From: Anthoceros angustus
Lineage: Eukaryota; Plantae; Anthocerotophyta
Direction: 5' to 3'
NCBI GenBank assembly: GCA_010909165.1
Contig: VJWM01000223.1
Span: 124,001-188,000 of the forward strand
DNA: 64,000 bases
Part shown: positions 24,495 to 35,702 of the stretch, one piece after another
Position numbering within the stretch: the stretch's first letter is position 1
How the letters are laid out: each line of letters starts with the position of its first letter
Made by a program: the position numbers and the translations under genes
The notes under the pieces: generated by a model
Database searches by the model: none
What the model was told of the DNA's origin: nothing
Seen by the model: the letters and a program-made list of their open reading frames with translations, nothing else

Positions 24495-26600
24495 GGGAGA
24501 GCCACAAGAGCCCAAATTTTGGTACCCTTGCGACGCCTTGGTGAGCATGGAGTTTGACCGGATGCCTGGCAGAGTGAATGGCATAACGAAGGTCGTGTTG
24601 GCCTTGCCCAACAGCGCCATTGCAACATGAATTGTAAGTCAACTTGTGTGTTGTAGTTGTGATTTGCATGTTGTTTTTTGCTTATGCTTATGCCGCACCT
24701 ATCTTCTTAATTCCTTTTTGCCTCCAACTCTTATGTGCTCTAGTTTGTGGTACATATTTTTGATCTGGATTGTGTTGTCTGCGTATGCTTATGTTGTCGA
24801 GCTTTGTGATTCATTAAGTCAGATTTGTACCATGTGAACGAGTAGCTATTTCCTGGCTACTCGGCAGTTAGTGCTTGGCTTTGGGCTTGGGATTAGGCTC
24901 GAACAGAGCGGGAGTTAAATCATGGTGCGCATCCACAAGAGTAAGAAGAACAATTTCCCGGCTAAGCTCGGAGTTCACGCTCCTAACTTGTTGGTCCAGT
25001 CGTTTGGTCATGTCTCTGGTTGCTCCTCTCGTTTGATTGATTCAGTGGTTATTTGACCCTAAAATATTAAAATTGTCATGTTAATTTACCCTTAAACACT
25101 ATTATTAAGCTGTCAAAGTTTACTATAAAATATTAATTTACGCTAAAACATTAGTTTACGCTAAAACATTAGTTTATCCTAAAAAATTACTTTACCCTAA
25201 AATATTAGTAACCATAAAACACTTCAGACTTATCTTAGATTGCCCTAAACTACTATAGAGGTACATATTCTAGTTTATTCTAAACACTGCAGAGTTATTT
25301 CAGTTTAACCTAGACACTATGGAGTTATCTTAGTTTACTCTAAAACATGTCATATTATCGTATCTACCATACCTGAGAATAGTATAGTTGAGGTTGAAGA
25401 GCACAAAAAATTAAGTTAAGTGGCCTTAGTTTATATGCTCAAAGTTCAAAGTGAAGTCGACTTAGTTTACCTGCCCAAAGGTCAAAGTGAGGTGGTTTTA
25501 ATTAAAAGGCCTGAAGATAAAAATGAAGTCATCTTAGTTTACCCGCCAAAGATCAAAGTGAAGCTGTCTTAGTTTACTCGTTAAAGATCAAAGTGAAAGC
25601 ATTTTAGTTTACCCCCCAAAGATCAAAGTGAAGTCGTCTTAGTTTACCCGCTAAACAACGAAGTGAAGTCATTGTAGTTTACCTGCCCAAACATCAAAGT
25701 GAAGGCGTCTCGGGCTTTTGTAGTTTACCCGCCTAATCATCAAAGTGAAGGCGTCTTGGGTTTTTGTAGTTTACCTATGCAAAAATCAAAGTGGATCGTC
25801 TTAGTTTAGGGTTTTTGTAGTTTATCTATGCAAAAATCAAAGTGGATCGTCTTAGTTTAGGGCTTTTGTAGTTTACTCGTGCAAAAATCAAAGTGGATCG
25901 TCTTAGTTTAAGGTTTTTGTAGTTTACTTGTGCAAAAATCAAAATGGATCGTCGTAGTTTAGGGTTTTCACAGTTTACCCGTGCAAAAATTGAAGTCTTA
26001 GTTTAGGGTTTTTGTAGTCTACCCGCGCAAAAATCAAAGTGGATCATCTTAGTTTAGGGTTTTTACAGTTTATCCTTGTAAAAATCAAAGCGAATCGTCT
26101 TAGTTTAATGCGTAAAAAATCAAAATGAAGTCATGCTAGGTTACGCGCCCAAAGATTAAAGTGAAATCGTCTCAGTTTAACCTAAACCACTGGAGAGTCA
26201 TGTTGAATTACCCTAATCCTTCAAATAGACGACCTTGAATAGCAATTGGCCTTGGACTTTGCTCTTCCCCCGGTTGCTCCGCTCTTGCCTCCTGTTGCTC
26301 TTGCCTCTTGTTGCTCCTACCTCCTGTTGCTCTTGCCTCTTGTTGCTCCTACCTTCTATCGCATCGCTTTGCCTCCTCTCTCGCCTCCTGTCGCTTCGCT
26401 TTTGCCTGCTCTCTCGCCTCCTGTTGCTCTTGCCTCCAGTTTGTTGCTCTTGCCTCCGGTTGCATCACTTTTGCCTCTTGTTGCTTCGTTTTGGCCTCCT
26501 GTTGCTCCGCTCTTGCCTCGTGTTGGTTCGCTCTTGTCTCATGTTGCTCCACTCAGGCGCTTGCCACCTCTTGCTCTCGTCGCTTCATCTCTTCCCCTAG
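24495..26600 (+). repeat. Family module: N-terminal coding remnant (24495-24640), duplicated start region (ATG 24922), AT-rich arrays and gcctcc/ttgctc short-unit array
   Basis: EPQEPKFWYPCDALVSMEFDRMPGRVNG..VLALPNSA; 24690-26600 is collinear with 8970-10290. Confidence 0.85.
25780..26070. repeat. 51-bp tandem array, most units containing TTTAGGG
   Basis: aaaaatcaaagtggatcgtcttagtttagggtttttgtagttta... at 25781, 25832, 25883 and 25934. Confidence 0.88.
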
Positions 26601-27064
26601 GTTGGTGCTCCGGTAGCTTAGCCCCATCTCCTAATTTGTTGCTCGAGTCGTTTGGTTTCATATATGATTGCTGCAGTCGTTTCATTATCGAAGTCGGACA
26701 AGGTATTTTACTTTTGAAGTGATTATATAGTTTTATAATAAGTCAATATATATTCAAATTATATTTTATATATTATAATACTTATATCATACCACTCTCT
26801 CCGTCCTTCTACCTCCACCTCTATATTCTAATTTTTTGGTACAATGTTCTGATTTTTGATAAAATATATTGCGATCCGTATTGGGATAACTCATATCTTT
26901 TAATCTTCTATTTATTGTGTGGTTCAGGCATGTTTATGCTATCAAGCTTTGCCATTCGCTAACAGAGATTTGTACCTTGTCAACGTGCAGTTACTTCCTA
27001 ACTACTTGTTGTGGCCGACGGTGCTGGGTTTCTGGATTAAGCTCGGACAAATCAGGAGTAAATC

Positions 27065-29382
27065 ATGGACCTGCCGGCCAAGGCCAAGCCCGGAATTCAT
27101 GGCCCGTCAGAACGGGTGGAAACGAAGCCAGAGACGGCGCCCGTGGCTCCTGCACCGTCGGAGGCAGAGGACGCTGCCCAGGACGCGGGGCGCAATGTGA
27201 CACAAGGAAACACACCAGGAAACGTCAAGGTGGTTCATGGCGAGGAAGCGCAAGAGTCACAGGAGCCCAAATTTCGGTACCCCTTCGACGCCTCCGTGAG
27301 CATGGAGTTTGAGCGGAGGCCTGCCAGTGTGAATGGCGCACCGGTGGTGGTGTTGGCCTTGCCCAACAGCGCCTATTGCAACATGAATTGCAAGTCTTCT
27401 GGACCTGGACCATGCAGGAAATGCAAGCCTTGTGTGCCATACCCGAACTGGACTTCTCGCGATCCGCCGTTTCACAAAGTTCTTTCTGGCGAGCCGCTCC
27501 CGGTGGACGGGTGGACGGAGTCCTTGGTGGATTACCTGCTGCAGTGTTACAATGGGCTGCAGATTTCCCGGGCCGCGGAGTCCTTCACCGAGGTGGAGGA
27601 CTGGGAGGAGCTGGCGGTCATGTTGTGCATTCACGAGGATGACATTCCCCCGAAGTCTTGGACGGATGCTCGTGCCAAGTTCAACCAATTGCAAGCCCGG
27701 TTTTGCAAGGAGAAGACGGCGCCCAACTCCAACTGGCCTCACTATGCCAGAATGGTCGCCATTCAGACAGCGCAGAGCACGAGCGCCCGGGGGGCGAGCG
27801 GTGATCCCCGCGTCCAAGGTCGGATGCAACGTGCCCATATTTCAAAATTTCTTTCTGGTTTGTTGGCTATTTGGATTGCTGGTTTTGGATTGGATTCCCC
27901 ATGTGAACGCTAGCCAGATTCCCATTTTTCCTGACTCTGGCCAGTCTGGCTTGAAACGAGTGTTTGTGCAGGTGCCAAATGCGCAGGATACAGGCCGATT
28001 CCGCAAGCTCCTCCAGCCTCTCGGACTCCTCCTGCACTGGGTACCGGTGTGATTCCTCTCCTCAGGATATGCCAGTTGTTTTGTTTCTGGTTTGGCTTGC
28101 ATTCGTGGTTTTGGAATTGAATATTACGCATGCCAAGGCCAGCCAGCTTGCAGCTTCCGATTTAGCTCTGCTTTGTTTGTGCAGCTGCCAAGTTTCCAGG
28201 AGACAGGCCGATTCCGCAGGCTCCTCGCACTCATGGTGCTGCTACTGCACAAGCTTCTCCACCTGGTCGGGCCCCTGCCCCTGGTCCCCGTGCTCGGCTT
28301 CCTCCAACAGTTGCCATTGCTGCACCGGCACCACCTCCAGGCAGAACAGCTGCCCCAGCTCAAGGTGCTGCCCGCGGGGCCGGCCCCACTTTAGGCTTCT
28401 CCAGGGGAGCCCTTCTTGGTCGGCCGGCGATGGCATCTGCCAGTGCAGCATCCTCCAGGGGAGCTTCACGTTCTCTTGGCGGCGCCAGCGGGGGCTTCAG
28501 TCCCGAACCGCAGAATGGCAGGCGCAGGCTCAGGCAAGAACTGGCCAGCAGGAAAACGTTATGCAGAGGGCCGCTGTATGGAGTGGTTTCGGCCATCTTG
28601 TCGCCGACTATTGCCCAGATCTTTGGGAGGGCCAAGTATGACTTTGTGGTACTGGATCTGAAAGACGTCCAGGAGCACAGCAAAATCGATGAGGACGCAT
28701 TGAACGCTCTGGTGAAGCCGATAGTGGGGGTGCTGGCTGCCGAAGGCTGCCCATCCATCCTCAGGCTGCCTGCCAGCACTTCTTTGCGCGAGGTCGCCTG
28801 GGCCGTGAGCTTGGATCCGTCCGGTATCTCGTTTGCAGACATCGAGACTCTCGACAAAGCTATGGAACTGGTGCTAAGCTGTCGGCTCCTCGATGACGGT
28901 GGTTTTTCCCTCGCCGCCACCAACAGCAACAGGCTCTTCATCAGCGTGGAGCTTAATTCCGTGACGGCTTTGAAGCATGGTGTCGGAATTGCCCTAATCG
29001 AGGGCGTCGACTGTGTCCAAATTCTGCCCATGGGGAAGCTGCGGGATGACCGTGTTCCTACTGAAAGTAAGCTCCACAACCTGCACCGGTACGGTCGCGT
29101 TGCTGCTGCCAACCTTCCACTCTACTCACAGTGTTGCTGCATGTGGCAGAGGACCACCTGCTCAATGTCTCCACGAAGATGGTGGAGGCAGATGTTCTGA
29201 ACTGCATTCGTCATCGGAGGACACCCGTCTATCTGGCGGGTCTCGCACATGCCCAGGACACATCGGAAACCCTGATGGGGTCAAAGTACGACATGGTTTC
29301 AGGAACCTCGGACTTTCTTCTCTTGAACGATGCTGCTGTGGCGGATGTCGCCAAGAAGGTCCAGAGGCGTCCGGGTCGTTAG
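27065..29382 (+). CDS. Predicted 645-aa fusion protein: Cys-rich motif, trihelix (Myb/SANT-like) domain, Pro/Ala linker, and HpcH/HpaI aldolase-fold domain lacking metal ligands
   Basis: Exons 27065-27818, 27972-28040, 28185-29066 and 29150-29382 total 1938 nt. All three introns are GT-AG and phase 1, and there are no internal stops. Trihelix: WTESLVDYLL..EDWEELAVML..PKSWTDARAKFNQLQARFCKEK..SNWPHYARM. Aldolase: YGVVSAILSPTIAQIFGRAKYDFVVLD..EH..SILRLP..GVDCVQ..YLAG..YDMVSG..DAAVADV. The domain calls are firm; the splicing is inferred. Confidence 0.72.
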
Positions 29383-29574
29383 AAGCTGGTGGGACTGTCA
29401 CTGGAACACTCAGAACAGACTGTTTAGATGTAGGTTTGACATGCCCCTCGCATTGCATCCTGCATCGTGAATTTGGCTTGGAACACATCTGTCCTCGAGG
29501 TGGGCTTCCCTCCAAATTTCGTGCACGATTTCGGTTTCGTCTGAAAATTTTCAAATTCGACACCCGGGAGGGGA

Positions 29575-30330
29575 GACTCAGCCCCAGCCCCGGCGGGGAG
29601 GCTCAAGAGCCACAGAAGCCCAGGCCAAAATTTTGGTACCCCCTCCGAGGGGACGCCTCCGTGAGCATGGAGCCCGACCGGATCCGGAGGGCCAGGCTGG
29701 ATGGCACACCGGTGGCCGTGTGGACCTTGCCCAACAACCCCAACCTTCGTCTCGAGACCATACCCGAACTCGACTTCTCGCCACCCACAGCTTCTCAAAT
29801 TTGTTTCTCAGCTGAAAACGCAGGATTGGACGCACCCCTTGATGCATCGTCCTGGATTACCTCGACCCGCTGCAGCTCCAGTCACAGTGGCTGCCCCGAA
29901 TCAAGGTGCTGCCAGCAGGGCCGGCTCCCCTTCAGGCTTCTCCGTGGGAGCCCCACCTGTTCGGCTGGCAATGGCCACTGTAGGATCCGGCAGGAGGGCA
30001 GCGCGGGCTCCATTCCGAATCCGCAGGATGGCAGGAGGACGCCCCCGAGCCCGGCGGCCATAAGCATTTGAACACTCTGCTGCAGCTGGTATTGCTCGAG
30101 CTGGCTTCCCAGGGCTGCCCATCCGTCCTCAGGCTGCCCGCCAGACCTTGCTTGGTGAGGAATGCTGCTAGCACGGATGTGGCCAAGCGCCCCTCTCTAC
30201 CCATCTCCGTAACTGTGGAGCCCCTTTTTGGTAGAAGCTGAGGAGGTGGCAGGCACTGCGACAGTTGCAACTCGGTACCAGCTGAGCTCGCCGGACAGGG
30301 CCCTCAGACTATTTAGATGCGCTTCGTTTG
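29575..30330 (+). pseudogene. Tandem, internally deleted copy of the fusion gene
   Basis: EAQEPQKPRPKFWYPLRGDASVSM..LPN, linker AAPNQGAASRAG..GFS, PNPQDGRR, and QGCPSVLRLPA fused directly to NAASTDVAKR. The 3' flank 30290-30420 resembles 29420-29550. Confidence 0.85.
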
Positions 30331-30597
30331 CATCCGAGATCACGAGGTGGGATTCCCTCCAACTTTTGTCCATGACTGCCGTTTCGTTTCTGACATTTTC
30401 AGTGTCACTTTTCTGAACTGGATGGGATAATTGAGCTTGAAATCCTTTTTCCACACCTGTTCATGATGCTAGCCGGGTGGATTGAACAACATGACATCTA
30501 ACAAATGATTTTCCAGAATCCACTCCCAAATTGTTCCCCATCCTAAGACATACATGAGTTCGCTGGAGGCAACTCATGTTCGGAGTTCCTGAGCCCA

Positions 30598-31377
30598 TCA
30601 TGATTGTTGGACAGGTTTGTCGGATGACGTGGCCTCCTTGTCCTCCTTGGTAACCTCTATGGCGGCTTCTAGTACAAACTTCTTCAAATTTCCCAGGTCA
30701 CGTGAACCTAATCAGAACAACCATTAGACTCAAGATGCAGGTGAGTAGTCTACACAAATGACTACATACAACAACTCCTGATTTGTAGCTTCCAACGAAT
30801 TCCAGATATGTGGTAGCTTTTACATCTTCAGCACGGTACCTGAGTATTTTTTGATCTCCTCCCCGTTGTAGTACAGCTTGAGAGTGGGGTAAGATCGGAT
30901 GTCATGCTTGCTGCAGGTGGCTTTGCTGGTGGTGCAGTCCACGTGTGCTATTTCCACACCAGTCTCAGACTCCAAGGCCAACCCCAACTCGTCCCAGGTA
31001 GGAGCCAGTCGCTTGCTGGTAAGAACAAGCAGCACAAAATCAGGTCACTACCTGGATGGGGTCAAGAGCGAACGCAAACGCAAACGCAGTGTCGCAGTTA
31101 GTAGGGCCGGTCACATACCAGTGTCCACACCATGGTGCGAAGAACTTAATGAACCACACAGTGTCCTTCTCCTTCACCTGCACAACACCCAAAACATGAA
31201 ATTGAGCACTCTGCAAAAAGGAAAGGGAATTGGTGCTCTGAGTGAGGGAGGAATGCGCGCGACCTTGTCGTCGAAAGTGTCGTCGGTGAGCACCACCACA
31301 TGCTCGCCAGCCTGTGCCACACGCGCCACCGCCACAAACAGCGCCAGGAGGAGGAGCAAAACGCGAGCAGACGCCAT
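30598..31377 (-). CDS. PDIL5-1: Single-thioredoxin-domain protein disulfide isomerase-like protein (PDIL5-1 type), 4 exons
   Basis: Signal peptide, then [31 protein letters not shown]...VDCTTSKATCSKHDIRSYPTLKLYYNGEEIKKYSGSRD. Exons include 31377-31264 and 31177-31119; stop at 30598. Confidence 0.9.
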
Positions 31378-31744
31378 AGCTGTAATCGGGAAAAGCTCGA
31401 AGCTTGCGAGCTGAGCTTAGAAAGAGGTGGCCAGGAATCCAGGGAAAGCTACTGTAAACATATAGGGCTTCACAAACCTAAAGTTTCTAAACCTCGAAAA
31501 CGGAACCGAGGTGACTTGTTTGGTCTAGTCAAATCACGGAGATCGGTCAATCTGACAATCACACACATTGTATGTACACATTAGGTGACAAGGTAACACT
31601 GTATGTACACATTAGGTAACAAGGTCACATTGTGTGTGCAAATTAGGTGACAAGATAATAAATTATAAATGGAGATAGGGTGATCTAGATGATGAATTTG
31701 TGTGACGATCATAGTGTACATGAATACAATAAGGGGGCGCTTTG

Positions 31745-34700
31745 TCAGGAAGGAAACAACGCCTTCTGCTCCCGCCGTTCGTTCCAGTTCAAGCACCTCA
31801 CCAAGCTGGAAAACCAGTCATTTGTTTGATCGGACTTGTTCACCGTGGGAACAGGGTGTTGGCTCATGCCGATGCGAACCGAGTCTCCCTTCCTCAACTG
31901 CTGCCTTCTCTTACCATCGAAGGAAACCCAGGCATTGTTGCGAGCGTCAGATGGAACCTGGGGAACATGGCCAGGTTTCAGCCAGCATCCCAGAAACAGT
32001 GTGCACGCTAGATCTAACGTAACTGGACCTTCTCTCACCTTCAGTTCAAGCAAAGCAGAGTCCGGCAGGATCACGGGGCGGAAGGAAAGTGAGTGCGGGC
32101 AGATTGGGGTAAACAGCATGCAGGGCACGTTTGGGTGAACCTACAGTGTCAGACAGTGGAGCACAAAAGTGTCAGATGAGTCGACAAAGCTGCTACCTGG
32201 TGAGACGACAACATAAACACATGGACATAGATTTGTACCATAGAACCGCCAGCGGCAGTTGAGTAAGCTGTACTGCCGGTAGGTGTGGCCACTAGTACGC
32301 CATCAGCTTGTACCTGTGCGACATTACCAAAATGTGTGGGTGGGTGATCACAGTGCACCACCCTCAACGTGCTGAAAGTGGAATGCCTCGACGCACAAAT
32401 ACCTTGGTTATGAGACGGTTCCGCTCGTAACACTCTATCTTGGAGAGATAAGGGTTGGAGCCGCGATCCACCACAACCTCGTTCAAGACTTCGAACACTT
32501 TCCCAGGAATAGCCCTGCCTTCTCTGAAGAGCTCGCAACGCAACCTCATCCGAAGGGTAATGTAGACACCCATCCCGCTGTTCCCATGTATGATTGCCCG
32601 CAATGCTTGCCTGAAATTTTCAAACTGCTCGACAACGCAACAAAGGAATCAGCTAGTCAGCATAAAATCTACAGGCTCAATGGCAGACTGGGTGTGTCAA
32701 GGGTGTCTTGGAAATACGCACCGGATGTGCTGTGAGAAAGCCCAAAGATCCCAGGTTGAAGGACACAACTGGTGGTACAGCATTGCGAAACAGATTGGAT
32801 GCATGGAGGATTACACCATCTCCACCTAAGCAAATCACAAAGTCCACCCGTTCATGAAGCTCTCTGCATAGATCACAATGCTGATTAGCAAACCTTTGCA
32901 GAAACAACGAGATGGTGCCCAGGAAAGGTTTGGATACTTCGTGCGGAAAAAAGATTTGGCAGTGGACAGGGTACGTACCCGGCGTCCTGATTGTAAAAAG
33001 TTTGCACATAACCATAGCCAGGAGACCTTGCAAAGAGGTCATGTGCTTCAGGCTCCACCATAACATTCATCCCTTCATTATGGAGAAAGGTTGCAACCTA
33101 AATCAACCCCACCACATCATAAGTTGAGAGCTACCCATACATAGTCTGCGACTGAACCAACCTGAAAGTGATACCCACCTGCTCTGCTTCCTCCATCAGC
33201 TCAGTGCCCAGCTTTTTAAGCAACAGGACAGTCTTTGGAGGCGTTTTCCACATGAGCATTTGCTGTTGAGTGCTTGGATGTGTAAATGCTAGAGTCGACT
33301 CCATTACCCTTTCCCTGGTACACGAGAAGCCATCTGTTCTCACAAGATACATTTCTGCCTTTTTCCTGGACTGCACTCGTACAACGCCGGTTGTGGATGC
33401 ACACATGTCCCCTTGTACTGGGACTGGGTCGTCCGCATCATCTAGGACCTGGTAATTGTCACCAACTCCCACGAGTGCTCCATTGCGAGATGTGGTTGGG
33501 AAACTAGCCCCGTTTCCATTGGTGCCTGTGAGACTGTCAGAGACTTGTCGATTGCCCCCCGATTGCTCAGCACCAACACTTGTGTCTGCATTGACTCTTG
33601 GGCCGGCAAAACCATTCTCAGACCGTTTGCTCAAGCTCCCTGTCACGCTGGACACTGCATCTCCAACAGGCGAACCAGCTATCGGAATCCCAGGACCCGA
33701 CGGACCCCATTTCCCAGCTGCACCAGCTATATTCTCCGAGTTTGTAAGGACCTTGCTCTTATCGGACCTTCCTGCTGAACTACCTTGTGAAGGTTTACCA
33801 GGTCGCAAAGGAGGCGATATCTTCCTTTCGAGAAACGTCGCCATACCTTTTTTGGTGAAAGCATCTGGACCAGGTCTTTGAGCCTCAAATGGACTTGCAA
33901 CCATCCTAAAGGGTGACCCTTCTGCCACAATGGTGGGAAAGGCTCCATTCCCTGCTGTAGTCAGTGAGTCAACTACGTCATCCCTACTACCTGACTTAAT
34001 CCGCTCTATTTGCTCCCCAGCCACAGAGGTATCCCTCCCAGAGCTTGTGTCGATGACCTCAGAAAAGATTGCCTCACCTCCAGGCTGAGGGCCAGTTGGC
34101 AGCTCCATTGCGGATACACCGTTCACCCGTTCTCCATCAACTCCCACCGTGATATCAAGACTGCTACCCGGGGGCCCCTGCAATGCAAATTCTTTCCATC
34201 TAGCAACCATGGAGCACGGTCTTCTAACCCCTCTCCGACTGAAGAGCACCACCTCATCGTCCTTCATCCTTCCCACCAGGCCCGCGAACTCCTTGACCTG
34301 GTCCCTCGATGGAGCAGCTCCTGCAGCCACGGGAATTCTAACAACCTGCACCCTTCCAGAGTCTGCAGCGCTATTCAAAGCTGGGTCAAGCAGAAGGCTA
34401 CGCTCCTTGCCATCTCTGAGATCAATCAGCAACTTAAACCCTCTCTGCAGGAGCCATTCCAAACCCGTCTCAGTCATCTGGCCCCCTCTCCAGAACCTGC
34501 ACAACGTAGGCTCAGGCTTGCTTTGCCCTCTACCAGACACCAAGTCGACCACAGCAAAGTTCGGAATATCTCCAGGGCTGGGGGCCCCTTCAGCACGAGG
34601 AGCTCCAGCATCCACACACACATTCCTCAGTCTATCCAGACACCGATGCACAGCGCCCTCCGCATTCCGGTCCACGCTCAATGCCATCAGGGTCGTGAGT

Positions 34701-35535
34701 CCCACTTGCAGAGCATCACAGCACTTGAGCATCTCCTCACGGAATTGAGCAACAGGATCGGGGCTCACTTTCCCCCCGTTCCCAAATCGACCTAGCTTCC
34801 AACTGGGCACATCGACGAACTTCCCCCCGAACAGCTGCTCTCTGCCGTCGTCCAGAACCCAGGCCATCCGAGCGAGTCCCACCACCACTGCCTCCTCCAC
34901 ATCGGGAACTTTCACCAGCAGGCCGCCGGAGTTCAAATTGAGAACAGCGTCCAGAACAGTAGCATGCAGCTCCTCCGCTCCTCTGTAGATCCGGCAGAAG
35001 GCCTCAACAGAAGCGAGCCCACCCGGAGCCCGGCCGGAAGTGGATTCCCTACACAACTCCTCCTGCGCCTGCAAACAAGAGCAGCCCAGCCCGTGCATAC
35101 ATTCCCAGATTCACCTCCACCTGCCAAGAGCATGTCCGGACGAAGGCACGACGCAGGCACTCACGTACACACCTGAATTCGAATTGCCTCGTCCTCGGAC
35201 ACAGGATTCCAGGGCTCATCGTCAGCTTGTGCTCCCCCAGCGTCAGCACGCACCCTGTGGCCCCGAGATGTACAGTGAAGCTTGCGCGGCAGCAAAGAGA
35301 TCCTCCAACAATCCCACTCCCTTTCATACTGCCTGCTTCTGCCGCCGTTGAGCTTCCTCCGTCGGGCTGTGAGAAGCGGCTCGCAGGAGGCGTGGGAGGA
35401 GGAACAGACGGACGGCCGATTGCGAGGGGCCAGCTCCGAGAATGCACAGGTGGAGGAGATTGGAGAAACCTTGGCTGCGGCAGAGCAGCACACACAGCGG
35501 GAGGGAGGAGGTCGGGCCAGGACGGCGTCCGCCAT
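31745..35535 (-). CDS. NADK2: Chloroplast NAD kinase 2
   Basis: Transit-peptide-like exon 1 from ATG 35535; VEAFCRIYRGAEELH, FWRGGQ, MCASTTGVVRVQSRKKAEMYLVRTDGFSC, DFVICLGGDGVILHAS, VLNEVVVDRG, ATPTGSTAYSTAAGGSM, LNWNERREQKAL. Confidence 0.95.
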
Positions 35536-35702
35536 CGGAGAGAGCGAATTTGCCTCCCCGAAAGGGCGCAGTGTGGTGTGCACACGGACACGATTGCAAT
35601 GCAGCTTGCCTTGGCTGGTTAGACTTGGTTTTTACACAGACTACAACTACTGAGCAGTGGAGTTTAGGATTTCCCAAACACACAAAGGCTTTGCAAAACA
35701 GA

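Noticed and set aside
25780-26070. Interstitial telomere or chromosome fusion site
   Set aside because: TTTAGGG occurs singly within 51-bp units, not as a tandem telomeric tract.
27500-27780. Trihelix ORF as the Myb protein of an autonomous PIF/Harbinger transposon
   Set aside because: No DDE nuclease ORF, short TIRs or TAA/TTA TSD found nearby. A Harbinger-derived ancestry is still possible.
29013-30071. 352-aa ORF as an independent gene
   Set aside because: It is a composite of off-frame aldolase sequence, 3' flank and the deleted paralog copy.
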